DNA from: an uncultured bacterium
GTDB taxonomy: Bacteria; Cyanobacteriota; Vampirovibrionia; Gastranaerophilales; Gastranaerophilaceae
Assembly (NCBI GenBank): GCA_950022695.1
Contig: CATLLN010000006.1
Coordinates: 12,216-76,215 of the forward strand
DNA length: 64,000 bases
Reading direction: 5' to 3'
The notes beneath the pieces were generated by a model. That model was not told where the DNA came from, searched no databases, and saw nothing but the letters and a program-made list of their open reading frames with translations. Position numbers and translations under genes: made by a program. Shown here in pieces: positions 8,465 to 18,753 of the stretch; positions within the stretch are counted from its first letter, which is position 1, and each line of letters begins with the position of its first letter.

Positions 8465-10012
8465 TTAAGCAACCTTAGCAGATTCTTGCTGTTCGAATTC
8501 TTTAGTTCCAGGGAAAGCATCCGAGCCGGTTCTCAATTTTGTAATCATATATTGAAGTTTCGGAATAATTGTTGATAAGAACAATGCTGATGTTACAAAA
8601 CCTGCACCCCAGTTAAGAGCATTCATCTTGAGGTTAGTATTAGAAGCCTTGCGAACAAGTCTTTCGGTAACTTCGCCTGAACCTGCTCTGGCTTTTTCAA
8701 TTATAGAATTTACGTAATGAAGAAGTTCTTTTTTATGTGCATCTAAATCGTTCTGAGCAACAAATTTGTATTGTTCCATAAATTTACCGCCGAATCTGTT
8801 TTTGAAAAATTCCTGTAAGAATTCAGGGTTATTCAAATGACCGCCGTTTAATATATCTCTCACCTGACCTTCGGTTAAGATTGACAAACCATTAACCTGA
8901 GGTTGTAATTTAGACATTTCAACCGCTGTTTTTGTAAATTTGTTTACATCTTTTCTAGGTACAAGGTTATCTAATTCTGTTTTAAAATCTTCAAGTGAAA
9001 TTATTTTAATCTTATCGCCTTCAAATTTACCTTTTAGCGATTCCGGAATATCTCTGTCTGCACCTAACATTTCTTTTGCAAATGTTTCAACATTAACACT
9101 ATTTGCGCCTTTAGACTTGAAGTATTCTTCCATGTATTTTGTTGTAAACTCGGCTGAAACAGGATCAAGTCTTGTTCCTACACCTTTTTGCTCGATTTTG
9201 TTTAACCAGTTGTTCATCAACTGCATGTTAAACATATAGAAGTAAATCGAACTTAAATCTCTAAATAAAATTTCAACTCTTTCATCATTGTTTCGGGCTG
9301 AATATGCACGTCCTGACGCTGTACCGGCATCAACTGATAAAAGTTTATAATTTCTGTCACTTTCAAATTTGTTAGCTATAGAAAGCAAATTCAAACCGAA
9401 AGAAACATCTTTTTTATCTTCTTTTCCTTTATTTGGAGCAAAACTATCCATCATAGGACGAGCTACAAACGGATTTACAGCCTGTGAATTATTTTGTTCT
9501 ACTGGAACAGCCGATGTTTCAGGTTTGTTTTTATGATAAGAACGTGTGATTGCCTGATTGATTTTCGGCAGTACAAAACCAATAAATGCGTTAGCAATTA
9601 ATACACTTGAAATAACTTTAGCAAATTTAAATCTTGCCATAGTTTTTTCCAAAATTTTAGCACCGTCTTTGGTTCTTTCGTTTGTAAGATAATTTTCTAA
9701 CGGTTTACGAACTCCGTCACTTGCAATATCAACAACTTTGTTAGGAAGTTTCAGGAATTTTTGACCGATTTTTTCAAACAACCAGTTAAGCGCTGTTACA
9801 CCGCCAAGCCAAAAAACTGCGCCAGAAAATTCTTCCGTAATTCTTTCTCTTGCTTCATCAAAACCGCCTCTTTTGTAAGCCTGAAGAGTTCTTCCGCCTT
9901 CGACAAAAGCCTCCAATGCAATAACCGGCAAAAAGCCGTCACTTGCCATCTGCTTCACAAAATTTCTTGACATTACATTATTTGTATTTGCTACTGGTAT
10001 TCTTAAAGACAT
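8465..10012 (-). CDS. hypothetical membrane protein
   Basis: 515-aa uninterrupted ORF with several hydrophobic helices; no family recognised. Confidence 0.55.
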   Translation of the reverse strand: MSLRIPVANTNNVMSRNFVKQMASDGFLPVIALEAFVEGGRTLQAYKRGGFDEARERITEEFSGAVFWLGGVTALNWLFEKIGQKFLKLPNKVVDIASDGVRKPLENYLTNERTKDGAKILEKTMARFKFAKVISSVLIANAFIGFVLPKINQAITRSYHKNKPETSAVPVEQNNSQAVNPFVARPMMDSFAPNKGKEDKKDVSFGLNLLSIANKFESDRNYKLLSVDAGTASGRAYSARNNDERVEILFRDLSSIYFYMFNMQLMNNWLNKIEQKGVGTRLDPVSAEFTTKYMEEYFKSKGANSVNVETFAKEMLGADRDIPESLKGKFEGDKIKIISLEDFKTELDNLVPRKDVNKFTKTAVEMSKLQPQVNGLSILTEGQVRDILNGGHLNNPEFLQEFFKNRFGGKFMEQYKFVAQNDLDAHKKELLHYVNSIIEKARAGSGEVTERLVRKASNTNLKMNALNWGAGFVTSALFLSTIIPKLQYMITKLRTGSDAFPGTKEFEQQESAKVA

Positions 10013-10177
10013 AATTATACTTTCAATTTGATAATTATTTAATACAGCTCAAAAATATTTTTTGACTCATAATTACTTAATTTTAATATTTTGTAACAAA
10101 AATTAAAATATTATACTAAAATATAGCAACTATAATTTTGTTTTGGTTTAAAATAAATACAAATAAAGGATAAAAAA

Positions 10178-10960
10178 ATGATTATTAATAAGGTTAGCGC
10201 AAATACTTATCAAAATTTTAAAGGTCACGACTCTGAAACTAATATGACCAAAAAACAAAAAGCTGTTGTATTAGCATCATCTGCAGCAGGAATGACACCT
10301 GTTTTAGCAGTACTTGCAAAACGAAAAAGGTTTTCGCTAAATCCTGCCAAAATCATAAAAACTCCAATAAAAGATTGGGCAATTTTTAAATACGCGCCGG
10401 AAGGAAAGTATATACAATTTGAAGGACCTCAAATTATTGCAACAGCAGCAGGTTCTGTTGCCGGCGGCTTTATAGGCGGAGCTTTAGTTGATGATAAGGC
10501 TAACTTAAAAGCCAAAAAGCGTGAAGTTCTAAGCCAAATTCTCGGTAACGTAATGGTTCCTGTAGGTTGTGTAGCAAGCGGTGCTAAGCTTTATAATAAA
10601 TTTGCAGACAAAATTGAAAGCGCTATGCCGCAAATTAAATCAAGCAAAAAATTCGCTAAATATATAAATAAATTTATAACCATATTACCTAATGCCGCTA
10701 CAACAGCTGCTCTTTTAGGTGTTGGAATATATCTTGGAAATAAAGTTTCTAATCTTATAAATGAAAAACTTTATCATAAAAAAGTTGAACGTGATATTAA
10801 AGCAAGCGACTTTGCTCCACACGTAGATGATTTATGTTTAGCTGCAACAATGATGAATGAAGGTTCAAGTTTTGGAGCAAAACTTGGCAGAGTAATCCCG
10901 ATAGCACTTTTAGTTCCCGGCTACCAAACAGGTATTGCACAAGATTCATGGGGGAATTAA
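10178..10960 (+). CDS. hypothetical membrane protein
   Basis: 260-aa ORF with multiple Gly/Ala-rich hydrophobic segments; no family recognised. Confidence 0.5.
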   Translation: MIINKVSANTYQNFKGHDSETNMTKKQKAVVLASSAAGMTPVLAVLAKRKRFSLNPAKIIKTPIKDWAIFKYAPEGKYIQFEGPQIIATAAGSVAGGFIGGALVDDKANLKAKKREVLSQILGNVMVPVGCVASGAKLYNKFADKIESAMPQIKSSKKFAKYINKFITILPNAATTAALLGVGIYLGNKVSNLINEKLYHKKVERDIKASDFAPHVDDLCLAATMMNEGSSFGAKLGRVIPIALLVPGYQTGIAQDSWGN

Positions 10961-11073
10961 CAGTACTTTTTTGTCGGTACAAGAATATACCTTAAGGAAA
11001 ATCACTCTTGCGGTGGGAATTTGTTTAATATAAGATACATGTGTCAAACAGTACATGTAAAGGAGATATTATT

Positions 11074-11871
11074 ATGTCAAGAAAACCAATTATTGCAGGA
11101 AACTGGAAAATGAACCTTCTTCAAGCTGATGCTAAATCTTTATATGAAGGAATTAAATCATTTGTAGATAACTACAGTGCAACTCAATTACCTACAGTTG
11201 TAATTGCACCTGTATTTACTTCATTAAATCAGGTTGCTGAAATCCCTTGCAGTTGCGGTTGTGAAGGAAGCAAATTATATGTTGCAGGACAAAACTGCCA
11301 CTGGGAAAACTCAGGCGCATTTACAGGTGAAATTTCTGTTGAAATGCTAAAAGATGCAGGATGTTCATTTGTAATCATCGGTCACTCAGAAAGAAGACAA
11401 TACTTCTCAGAAACAGACGAAATGATTAACAAAAAAGCTAAAGCTATTTTAGCTGGCGGTTTGATTCCTATCATCTGCTGCGGTGAAACTTTAGAACAAA
11501 GAGAAGCAGGTGTAACAGATTCTCATATCGCATCACAAATCAGAGCAGCATTAGAAGGTATTTCATCTGAAGATGTTGCAAAATCAGTTATTGCATACGA
11601 ACCAATCTGGGCTATCGGTACAGGAAAATCTTGTGATGCTGAAGAAGCAAACAGAGTAATCAAAATGATCAGAGGCGTTGTTTCAGAAGTTGCAGGTTCA
11701 CAAGCTGCTGATTCTATCAGAATCCTTTACGGCGGTTCTGTAAAACCTTCAACAATCGAAGAACAAATGGCAAAATCTGATATCGATGGTGCTTTAATCG
11801 GTGGTGCTTCATTAAAAGCTGACAGCTTCAATGAAATTATTGAAAAAACAATGAAAGTTACTGTAGCATAG
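11074..11871 (+). CDS. tpiA: triosephosphate isomerase
   Basis: PIIAGNWKMN, IIGHSERR, AYEPIWAIGTG, ILYGGSV motifs; start moved from GTG 11041 to ATG 11074, which follows AAGGAG at 11059-11064. Confidence 0.9.
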   Translation: MSRKPIIAGNWKMNLLQADAKSLYEGIKSFVDNYSATQLPTVVIAPVFTSLNQVAEIPCSCGCEGSKLYVAGQNCHWENSGAFTGEISVEMLKDAGCSFVIIGHSERRQYFSETDEMINKKAKAILAGGLIPIICCGETLEQREAGVTDSHIASQIRAALEGISSEDVAKSVIAYEPIWAIGTGKSCDAEEANRVIKMIRGVVSEVAGSQAADSIRILYGGSVKPSTIEEQMAKSDIDGALIGGASLKADSFNEIIEKTMKVTVA

Positions 11872-11904
11872 ATTAAAATTTCGATTGACAGTCAAAATAT
11901 AAAA

Positions 11905-11938
11905 AAGGCGCAAACAGGAGTTTGCGCCTTTTACTTTT
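11905..11938 (+). terminator. rho-independent terminator of tpiA
   Basis: GGCGCAAAC-agga-GTTTGCGCC stem followed by TTTTACTTTTG. Confidence 0.7.
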
Positions 11939-12014
11939 GTGTCATACTTGAAAACCTGTTAAAAAAGTTGTATAATTTGTATATATGTATGAATAAAGGC
12001 AGGATATTATAAGT

Positions 12015-12677
12015 ATGAAAAAAGCCCTAACAATTGGTGAATTATTAATCACTATGGCAATCATTGGAACTATTGCAACACTGGTTCTTCCGGGATTTTT
12101 GAAGGATTATCATAAAAAATTATATGTTACAAGATTAAAAAAAACTGTTGAAATGCTTGAAAATGCAGTAAACCAAGCTTGTATAGATAATAATGTTTCA
12201 TATTTTTATCAAACACCTTATGCTAAAGATGATACTGCGACGTTAGAAGCATTTATAAATAAATATTTCAAAACATCAAATAAGGATAATAATTTCCCAT
12301 TTGCACAAAAATATAAAGAATTAAAAACCGGTAAAGAATATAAATTTAATTTATTCGGTAACCACGCATATAAAAAACTTGCAAGTGGAGAAGCTATATC
12401 TTTTCATTGTGCAAGTAATGAACCTGACCATTGTGATTTTAGAGTAGATATAAACTCAACAGATGGACCAAATATTGGAGGCAGAGATTTATTCCATCTT
12501 AATGTCCAAAAATATACAAATAAAATAACCGATTATTTAGATGCTTCATATTGTGGAGGATACGAAAAACAAGAAGGAGAAAATGAAGTGATATATCAAC
12601 TAAAACACATTAGCTCACGTTCCGGTGCAGGTTGTTACGCACGTCTTCTTCAAGACAACTGGGAAATGAAATATTAA
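12015..12677 (+). CDS. prepilin-type N-terminal cleavage/methylation domain protein (type IV pilin / pseudopilin-like)
   Basis: MKKALTIGELLITMAIIGTIATLVLPG leader/helix; shared paralogue motif VDINSTDGPNIGGRDLF; C-terminal NWEMKY. Confidence 0.75.
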   Translation: MKKALTIGELLITMAIIGTIATLVLPGFLKDYHKKLYVTRLKKTVEMLENAVNQACIDNNVSYFYQTPYAKDDTATLEAFINKYFKTSNKDNNFPFAQKYKELKTGKEYKFNLFGNHAYKKLASGEAISFHCASNEPDHCDFRVDINSTDGPNIGGRDLFHLNVQKYTNKITDYLDASYCGGYEKQEGENEVIYQLKHISSRSGAGCYARLLQDNWEMKY

Positions 12678-12692
12678 TTAGGAAGGATAAAT

Positions 12693-13382
12693 ATGAATAA
12701 GGGTTTTACATTATCAGAAATTTTAATAACACTGGGTATTGTCGGAATTGTTGCAGTTTTAACTGTTCCCGGGGTTATGAAAAATTACCAAAACAGATTA
12801 TATACAGCACAGTTAGAAAAAATTTACGCTCAATTATCTGATGCGGCACAAGCAATTATGACAGATGAACACGTTGATAATTTCTACGAAACAACAGCTG
12901 GCGGAGTATCAAACGCTGAATGTCATACCAGTGGCAATTGCACACAAGGTTTGGGATATTTCTTTAACAACTACTTAAAAACAGTTAAGAAAAATTGTTC
13001 AAATGGTAATGATAAATGTGTATTTACTGATAATACAACATACAAAACTGTTACCGGAGCTAATGTTAACGGACTCAGCGGGAGTTACTGTGTACAAACT
13101 GTTACCGGAGCTTCTGTTTGCGGCTCTTATAATAATAGTAACAAATGCCTTAGTATGATGGTGGATGTTAACGGAACAGCCCAACCTAACGTTGCAGGCA
13201 GAGATGTATTTTCAATGGATATGCATAAAAACGGCTCTATTTCTGATTACAGCTCAGGTTGTGCAGATAATGCTAAAGGATGTCGTGCAAACAGTTGTAC
13301 AACAGGTACCGGTTCTACATATACTGCGGCTTGCGGCTGTTTAAACAATGTTATTGATGCTGGTTGGAAAATGGAATACTAA
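12693..13382 (+). CDS. prepilin-type N-terminal cleavage/methylation domain protein
   Basis: MNKGFTLSEILITLGIVGIVAVLTVPG; VDVNGTAQPNVAGRDVF; C-terminal GWKMEY; Cys-rich head domain. Confidence 0.75.
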   Translation: MNKGFTLSEILITLGIVGIVAVLTVPGVMKNYQNRLYTAQLEKIYAQLSDAAQAIMTDEHVDNFYETTAGGVSNAECHTSGNCTQGLGYFFNNYLKTVKKNCSNGNDKCVFTDNTTYKTVTGANVNGLSGSYCVQTVTGASVCGSYNNSNKCLSMMVDVNGTAQPNVAGRDVFSMDMHKNGSISDYSSGCADNAKGCRANSCTTGTGSTYTAACGCLNNVIDAGWKMEY

Positions 13383-13393
13383 GGAGCATGGTC

Positions 13394-14149
13394 ATGATAA
13401 ACAAGAAAAAAATATCTATGCACCACAGGTCGTGTATTGATATAATAAGTGCTAAGATTGGCAACTTACTACCACTACCTACTCTAACCAAGAAGGGTTT
13501 TACACTTGCAGAAGTTTTAATTACACTTAGTATTATTGGCATTATTGCAATGTTAACAGTTCCAAGCATAATGAAAAATTACAGATATAAAACATATTCT
13601 GCCAGTTTAAAAAAAGTTTATTCTCAACTAACCGATGCTGTCCAAGCTATTATGAATGATGAGATGACAACAGAATTTCATAAAACAACAGCAGGAGTAA
13701 AAAGCAGTGATACTGCAGGCGAAGAAAAAGGTGCTTACTATTTCTTACATAATTACTTTAAAGTAGCGGCAAGTTGTGATAACAGTTTAAATACTCAATG
13801 CTTAGGAGCAAGTTATAAATCTTTTTCAGGTGCTGACGCAGGACCGGTATTTGGAGAATCCTGCATAAGAACAACTAACGGCGCAACTATTTGTATGACT
13901 TTAAATCCTGATAACGGTATTACATCAGTATTTATTGATGTAAATGGTCCGTCTGATCCAAATATTACCGGTTTGGATGCATTTGTTGCAAATATTAGCG
14001 GTGTTGACGGTTCTGTAACAGATTGGTCTACTGACGAAACAAAATGCAATGTAGGCGGCGCAGGAAATAACCATATAGCAGATTATGCATTAGGTTGCTT
14101 GAACCAACTTATGAATAACGGTTGGATTATTGATGATACTAAATGGTAA
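13394..14149 (+). CDS. prepilin-type protein with unusually long leader
   Basis: KKGFTLAEVLITLSIIGIIAMLTVPS core begins ~34 codons after the best start (ATG 13394, 7 nt after AAGGAG at 13381-13386); IDVNGPSDPNITGLDAF motif. The ORF track start at 13364 lacks an SD. Confidence 0.65.
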   Translation: MINKKKISMHHRSCIDIISAKIGNLLPLPTLTKKGFTLAEVLITLSIIGIIAMLTVPSIMKNYRYKTYSASLKKVYSQLTDAVQAIMNDEMTTEFHKTTAGVKSSDTAGEEKGAYYFLHNYFKVAASCDNSLNTQCLGASYKSFSGADAGPVFGESCIRTTNGATICMTLNPDNGITSVFIDVNGPSDPNITGLDAFVANISGVDGSVTDWSTDETKCNVGGAGNNHIADYALGCLNQLMNNGWIIDDTKW

Positions 14150-14167
14150 AAATAAATTTTAATAATT

Positions 14168-14208
14168 AAAACGACCGCTGAGTAAACTCAGCGGTCGTTT
14201 TACGTTTT
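14168..14208. terminator. bidirectional rho-independent terminator (pilin cluster / pfp)
   Basis: ACGACCGCTGAG-taaa-CTCAGCGGTCGT 12-bp perfect stem flanked by A-run and T-run. Confidence 0.75.
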
Positions 14209-14223
14209 AATTTGTCATATCAA

Positions 14224-15903
14224 CTATACAGAAGCTAGTTCTTTACTTCTTTCTAATTGTAATGTAACTGTTGTAATATCACAAACAGAACTTGGTCCAA
14301 AATACTGTACTGCACCTGGGAACAAGTATCTGTCATTCATTGCCCAGTCTTCTCTATTATCTTGTAATTGTTTAAATACAGGACCATCAAGTCTTACCAG
14401 TGCTTTTTGAATAACCGGTTTCATTTCACCGTGACGTTTTTCCATGTTCATCATCATTGTAAGAGGAACACCTCCTGCAATCCATTGGGATGCAGGTGAA
14501 GTTAAATTTCTTACAGATGATAAGTAACCTGTTAAACCGTTGTTAATCAAAGCAAATGCGTTGTAACCTAATGAGTAGCAGTAATCTGCATCAAAGTTAG
14601 AAGGGAATGCACAACGTCCTTCATAACCGAAGAAGTGTGATTGTGATGAGAATTTACCACTGAATTTACCTTCTTTTTTCATTTGGCTTAATCTTGCTGA
14701 AATCATTTCGATTAATAATTTTTCAGTTTCAATTTTAGAAACCTGAACGTTACCATGAGGGTCTCTGTCTGCCAATAATTGTTCTTTAATCAAAGCAGGC
14801 AATGATGAGTAAACTTTAGCGTTTTCACTGTCTAATTTGCTTTCAACAATTGAGAATTTTTCAACTGAAGATGCATTTACAAAGCTTGAATCTGATTCTA
14901 ATGAAGCCATAATATCGTTCAAATTAGAAATCATAGACCCCATTTCCGGAATAAATTCGATTAAGCCTTCAGGAATAACTGCAATACCGAAGTTTTTACC
15001 GCTTTCAGCACGTCTTGCAATGATATCTGACATATAATCAATAATTGAAGATAAAGACATTTTCTTAGCTTCAACTTCTTCTGATATTAAAGTAATATTT
15101 GGCTGAGTTTGTAAAGCAGCTTCTAAAGCTACGTGAGAAGCACTTCTTCCCATAATTTTGATAAAGTGCCAATATTTTTTAGCTGAGTTAGCGTCACGTT
15201 GGATGTTTCCGATAAGTTCAGCATAAGTTTTTGTAGCTGTATCAAAACCGAATGAAATTTCGATTTGTTCGTTTTTCAAATCACCGTCAATTGTTTTAGG
15301 ACATCCGATAACTTGAATTCCTGTGTTATTTTTTACAAACCATTCAGCTAAAAGTGCAGCGTTAGTATTAGAATCGTCACCGCCGATAATTACAACAGCA
15401 GAAATATTTAATTTTCTGCAAACTTCAAGTGAAGATTTAAATTGTTCTTCAGTTTCAAGTTTTGTTCTGCCTGAACCGATAATATCAAAGCCGCCTGTAT
15501 TTCTAAAGTCATTAATGAATTCATCATTGAATTCAACATATTTTCCTTCAATAATACCTGAAGGACCGCCTAAGAAACCGTATAATTTGTTAGCTGAATT
15601 AGCATTTTTCAAAGCATCATATAAACCTGCAATAACGTTGTGTCCGCCAGGAGCTTGACCACCTGAAAGGATTACACCAACATTTTTAACTTCTGATACA
15701 GAAGATGATGATGTAGATTTAAAAGTTACTGTTGGTTTTCCGTAAGTATTAGCAAATAAAGCCTGAATCTGTTCCTGATCTCTAACAGATTCTGTAGCAG
15801 CACCTTGAACCAATTCCAAAGAGTTTACACCGTTTTGTAAACTTGAAGGAAGTTTTGGTTGGTACTGTAATCTTTCAATTTGTAATGGTGAAAGTTTTGT
15901 CAT
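14224..15903 (-). CDS. pfp: diphosphate--fructose-6-phosphate 1-phosphotransferase (PPi-dependent PFK, long type)
   Basis: [42 protein letters not shown] motifs; 559 aa. Confidence 0.9.
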   Translation of the reverse strand: MTKLSPLQIERLQYQPKLPSSLQNGVNSLELVQGAATESVRDQEQIQALFANTYGKPTVTFKSTSSSSVSEVKNVGVILSGGQAPGGHNVIAGLYDALKNANSANKLYGFLGGPSGIIEGKYVEFNDEFINDFRNTGGFDIIGSGRTKLETEEQFKSSLEVCRKLNISAVVIIGGDDSNTNAALLAEWFVKNNTGIQVIGCPKTIDGDLKNEQIEISFGFDTATKTYAELIGNIQRDANSAKKYWHFIKIMGRSASHVALEAALQTQPNITLISEEVEAKKMSLSSIIDYMSDIIARRAESGKNFGIAVIPEGLIEFIPEMGSMISNLNDIMASLESDSSFVNASSVEKFSIVESKLDSENAKVYSSLPALIKEQLLADRDPHGNVQVSKIETEKLLIEMISARLSQMKKEGKFSGKFSSQSHFFGYEGRCAFPSNFDADYCYSLGYNAFALINNGLTGYLSSVRNLTSPASQWIAGGVPLTMMMNMEKRHGEMKPVIQKALVRLDGPVFKQLQDNREDWAMNDRYLFPGAVQYFGPSSVCDITTVTLQLERSKELASV

Positions 15904-16290
15904 TTAATTGTCCTTTCCTTTTGTAACAGTGTTTACATGCTACATCATACTACAAAAACAGTTAAGAGGGTAAATAATACGTTTATTAACAATCCTTAAT
16001 ATAATTTAATTAAGGAATTACGAAATGTAAAGTATAATTTAAAGTTCAATCTTATGATTTTATAATTTATTTTTTTTGCATTTTTTAAAATGAAAAGTGT
16101 TGAATTTACACGCTTTGAACCCATTTTCAAATGTAAAGTTTTGTTAAAAGTGCTACATTTTTAGTAAACTTACATGGCATTTTAACCGTTACATGTAGTA
16201 TAATATATATAGAAGATATACCAATATACAAATCGCATCTAATAGCCATAAAATATTTTGTTATAATCAAAATAGAAAGGCAGCGAATAT

Positions 16291-17904
16291 ATGAGCAACA
16301 TACAATTTCAGAACGACTTAGACAGATTAGTTGAAATTCTGCCCGACAGGATTAGAAACCACATTGATTACCCTAAAATGGACGACGTAATAGAGATAGT
16401 GCTTGACATCGGACGACCGCCAGAAATTCGTCATGCGGACGGTAAGATTGAATACCTTGGTGCTTCTGAAATTACGTATGATGATATTTGCCATATAACA
16501 TCACGTGTTCAAGAATTTACCTCTGATAACCGCTCAGGTATTCCAGGAACACTTCACAGAATTAGTGCTATCAGAAACAGACAAGGAAAAGTTGTAGGTC
16601 TTACCTGTAGAATCGGCAGGGTTGTAACAGGAACTATCTCTTGTATAAAAGATATTTGTCTGCAAAACAAAAGTATATTATTTTTAGGCAGACCAGGAGT
16701 TGGAAAAACTACAAAACTCAGAGAGATTTCCCGCCTGGTTGCCGACGAACTTGGCAAAAGGGTTGTAATTGTAGATACATCAAACGAAATTGCAGGTGAC
16801 GGCGATACTCCGCACCCTGCAGTGGGTCATGCCAGAAGAATGCAGGTCAGACAGCCTGAATATCAAAAAGATATTATGATTGAAGCTGTCGAAAACCACA
16901 CCCCTGAAGTTATTGTTGTTGATGAAATCGGTACGGAAGCCGAAGCTCAAGCAGCAAGAACTATTGCAGAACGCGGGGTTATGTTAATCGCAACTGCACA
17001 CGGTAACAGCCTTGAAAGTTTGATTAAAAACCCTACATTATCAGATTTAGTCGGCGGTATTCAATCTGTTACTTTAGGTGATGATGAGGCAAAACGCCGC
17101 TCTTCACAAAAAACTGTTCTTGAACGTGAGAAACAGCCGACTTTCGATATCGTAATCGAAATTTTAGACAGAAATACCTTAGCGGTTTACAAAAACACAT
17201 CCGAAGCTGTAGATTATATTTTGCGAGGATGGCCAATCAGACCGGAACTTAGAAAAGTTGACAAAACTTACAGCTTCTCATCAGAACCGCCGGTTGAAAA
17301 AACTCCGACTGTTATCGACAAAATTAACGCACTTGATGAAAAAATCGAACATCCGGAAAGTTTGAAATTCAGCTTCTCAAGACAAAAGTATGTTGAAGAA
17401 GTTAAAAAATTCAAAAAAATATACCTCTATGCAGTTTCAAGAAGCATAGCAGAAAAAGTAATCGAACGACTTGATTTGAACGCTGAGATTACACGTAACC
17501 TTGATGATGCTAATATTGTAATCGCACACAAAAACTTTATCAAAGGCGGAGCAAAAGTTCTGTCAACTGCTGAAGAAAACAGATTACAAATATTCTATGT
17601 CAAAACAAATTCAATGGCACAAATTCAAAAAGTCATCAAAGAAGCTCTTGATATTGCAGAAGTAAACGAACGTCAAACCTTCTATGATATTACAGAAAAG
17701 GCACTTGATGAAGCAAAAACAGCTATTGAAAAAGTTCTTGCCGGTGCGGCAGATGTTGAATTAACCCCGCAAAACACACAAATAAGAAAATTACAGCACG
17801 AACTTGTTGAACAGCACAATCTTGAAAGTAAATCCATCGGCGAAGGCGACAACCGCCACCTGCGAATTGTTGGCGGAAAAGACTTCAAAGAAAAACTCGG
17901 CTAG
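16291..17904 (+). CDS. R3H-domain AAA+ ATPase (ycf45 / SpoIIIAA-like)
   Basis: Walker A GRPGVGKTT, Walker B VIVVDEIG, ATAHG sensor; C-terminal R3H-like RKLQHELVEQHNLESKSIGEGDNRHLRIV. Confidence 0.8.
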   Translation: MSNIQFQNDLDRLVEILPDRIRNHIDYPKMDDVIEIVLDIGRPPEIRHADGKIEYLGASEITYDDICHITSRVQEFTSDNRSGIPGTLHRISAIRNRQGKVVGLTCRIGRVVTGTISCIKDICLQNKSILFLGRPGVGKTTKLREISRLVADELGKRVVIVDTSNEIAGDGDTPHPAVGHARRMQVRQPEYQKDIMIEAVENHTPEVIVVDEIGTEAEAQAARTIAERGVMLIATAHGNSLESLIKNPTLSDLVGGIQSVTLGDDEAKRRSSQKTVLEREKQPTFDIVIEILDRNTLAVYKNTSEAVDYILRGWPIRPELRKVDKTYSFSSEPPVEKTPTVIDKINALDEKIEHPESLKFSFSRQKYVEEVKKFKKIYLYAVSRSIAEKVIERLDLNAEITRNLDDANIVIAHKNFIKGGAKVLSTAEENRLQIFYVKTNSMAQIQKVIKEALDIAEVNERQTFYDITEKALDEAKTAIEKVLAGAADVELTPQNTQIRKLQHELVEQHNLESKSIGEGDNRHLRIVGGKDFKEKLG

Positions 17905-18094
17905 GAAAGATAAATAATACCCAGTCAGTCAAGGACAATAGATTTGAACCCCTTTGAAAAGCGCGGAGAAACTACGTCATTCTTCCAAGTCTTTTTGAAG
18001 GGGTTCCCGTAATAAAAATACGCACAATAACAGAGCGAATAATCAATGTTTGTGAAACGATAAACACAAAACATTAAAAAATAATAAATTTCCC

Positions 18095-18122
18095 TTGAGA
18101 ATTCTCATTGATACTTTATAAT
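18095..18122 (+). promoter_or_regulatory. candidate sigma70-type promoter of grpE-dnaJ
   Basis: TTGAGA (18095-18100), 16-nt spacer, TATAAT (18117-18122), ~30 nt upstream of grpE; no CIRCE element seen. Confidence 0.35.
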
Positions 18123-18148
18123 ATAAGTATATAATGTTGTGAAGGGAA

Positions 18149-18709
18149 ATGTTTATGACAAACGAAAATTCAAATCCGTTTAAAAACGAGGAAGTCGTTA
18201 AAAACGAAGAAAACACTAATACAGAAGAACAAACAGAAAATACTGAAGCAGTTGATAATAAAAATAACAAGCTTCAAGAAGAATACGATAAATTAAATCA
18301 GCAGTATATTAGATTAGCCGCTGACTTTGACAATTACAGAAAACGCCAGGAAGCAGAACGCGAAAACTTAATTAAATTCGGTACCGAATCAGCGTTAAAA
18401 AGTATGCTTGAAGTATTAGACAACTTTGAACGCGGTCAAAAAGCTTTAGAAAGCGTTGAAGACTGTGAAAAAGTTAAAGAAAGTTTTAATCTTGTGCACA
18501 AACAGGTTTGCGAAACTTTAGCTAAAATGGGACTAGAGGAAATCAAAGCAATCGGCGAAGAATTTGACCCTAATTTCCACGAAGCAGTAATGCAGACCCC
18601 AACAAGCGAACACCCTGAACATACAGTAATAACTGAATTACAAAAGGGTTATAAAATGGGTGATAAGGTTTTGCGCCCTACACTTGTAAACGTTGCCGCA
18701 GCAGAATAA
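18149..18709 (+). CDS. grpE: nucleotide exchange factor GrpE
   Basis: RLAADFDNYRKR, LEVLDNFERG, GEEFDPNFHEA motifs. ATG 18155 has the better SD spacing and may be the true start. Confidence 0.9.
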   Translation: MFMTNENSNPFKNEEVVKNEENTNTEEQTENTEAVDNKNNKLQEEYDKLNQQYIRLAADFDNYRKRQEAERENLIKFGTESALKSMLEVLDNFERGQKALESVEDCEKVKESFNLVHKQVCETLAKMGLEEIKAIGEEFDPNFHEAVMQTPTSEHPEHTVITELQKGYKMGDKVLRPTLVNVAAAE

Positions 18710-18753
18710 TAAAAGCTGCCAAACTTGAGGATTAGAGGAAGTAGAAAAAGAAA

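Noticed and set aside
11041-11073. GTG start at 11041 for tpiA, TTG 21871 for the HIT gene, TTG 56650 for the glycosyltransferase and ATG 13364 for the third pilin (ORF-track starts)
   Set aside because: In each case a downstream ATG has a properly spaced AGGAG-type SD and gives the canonical N-terminus. The longer extensions are unsupported.
17905-18148. CIRCE (TTAGCACTC-N9-GAGTGCTAA) operator upstream of grpE-dnaJ
   Set aside because: The sequence is not present in the intergenic region, and no hrcA is in the window.
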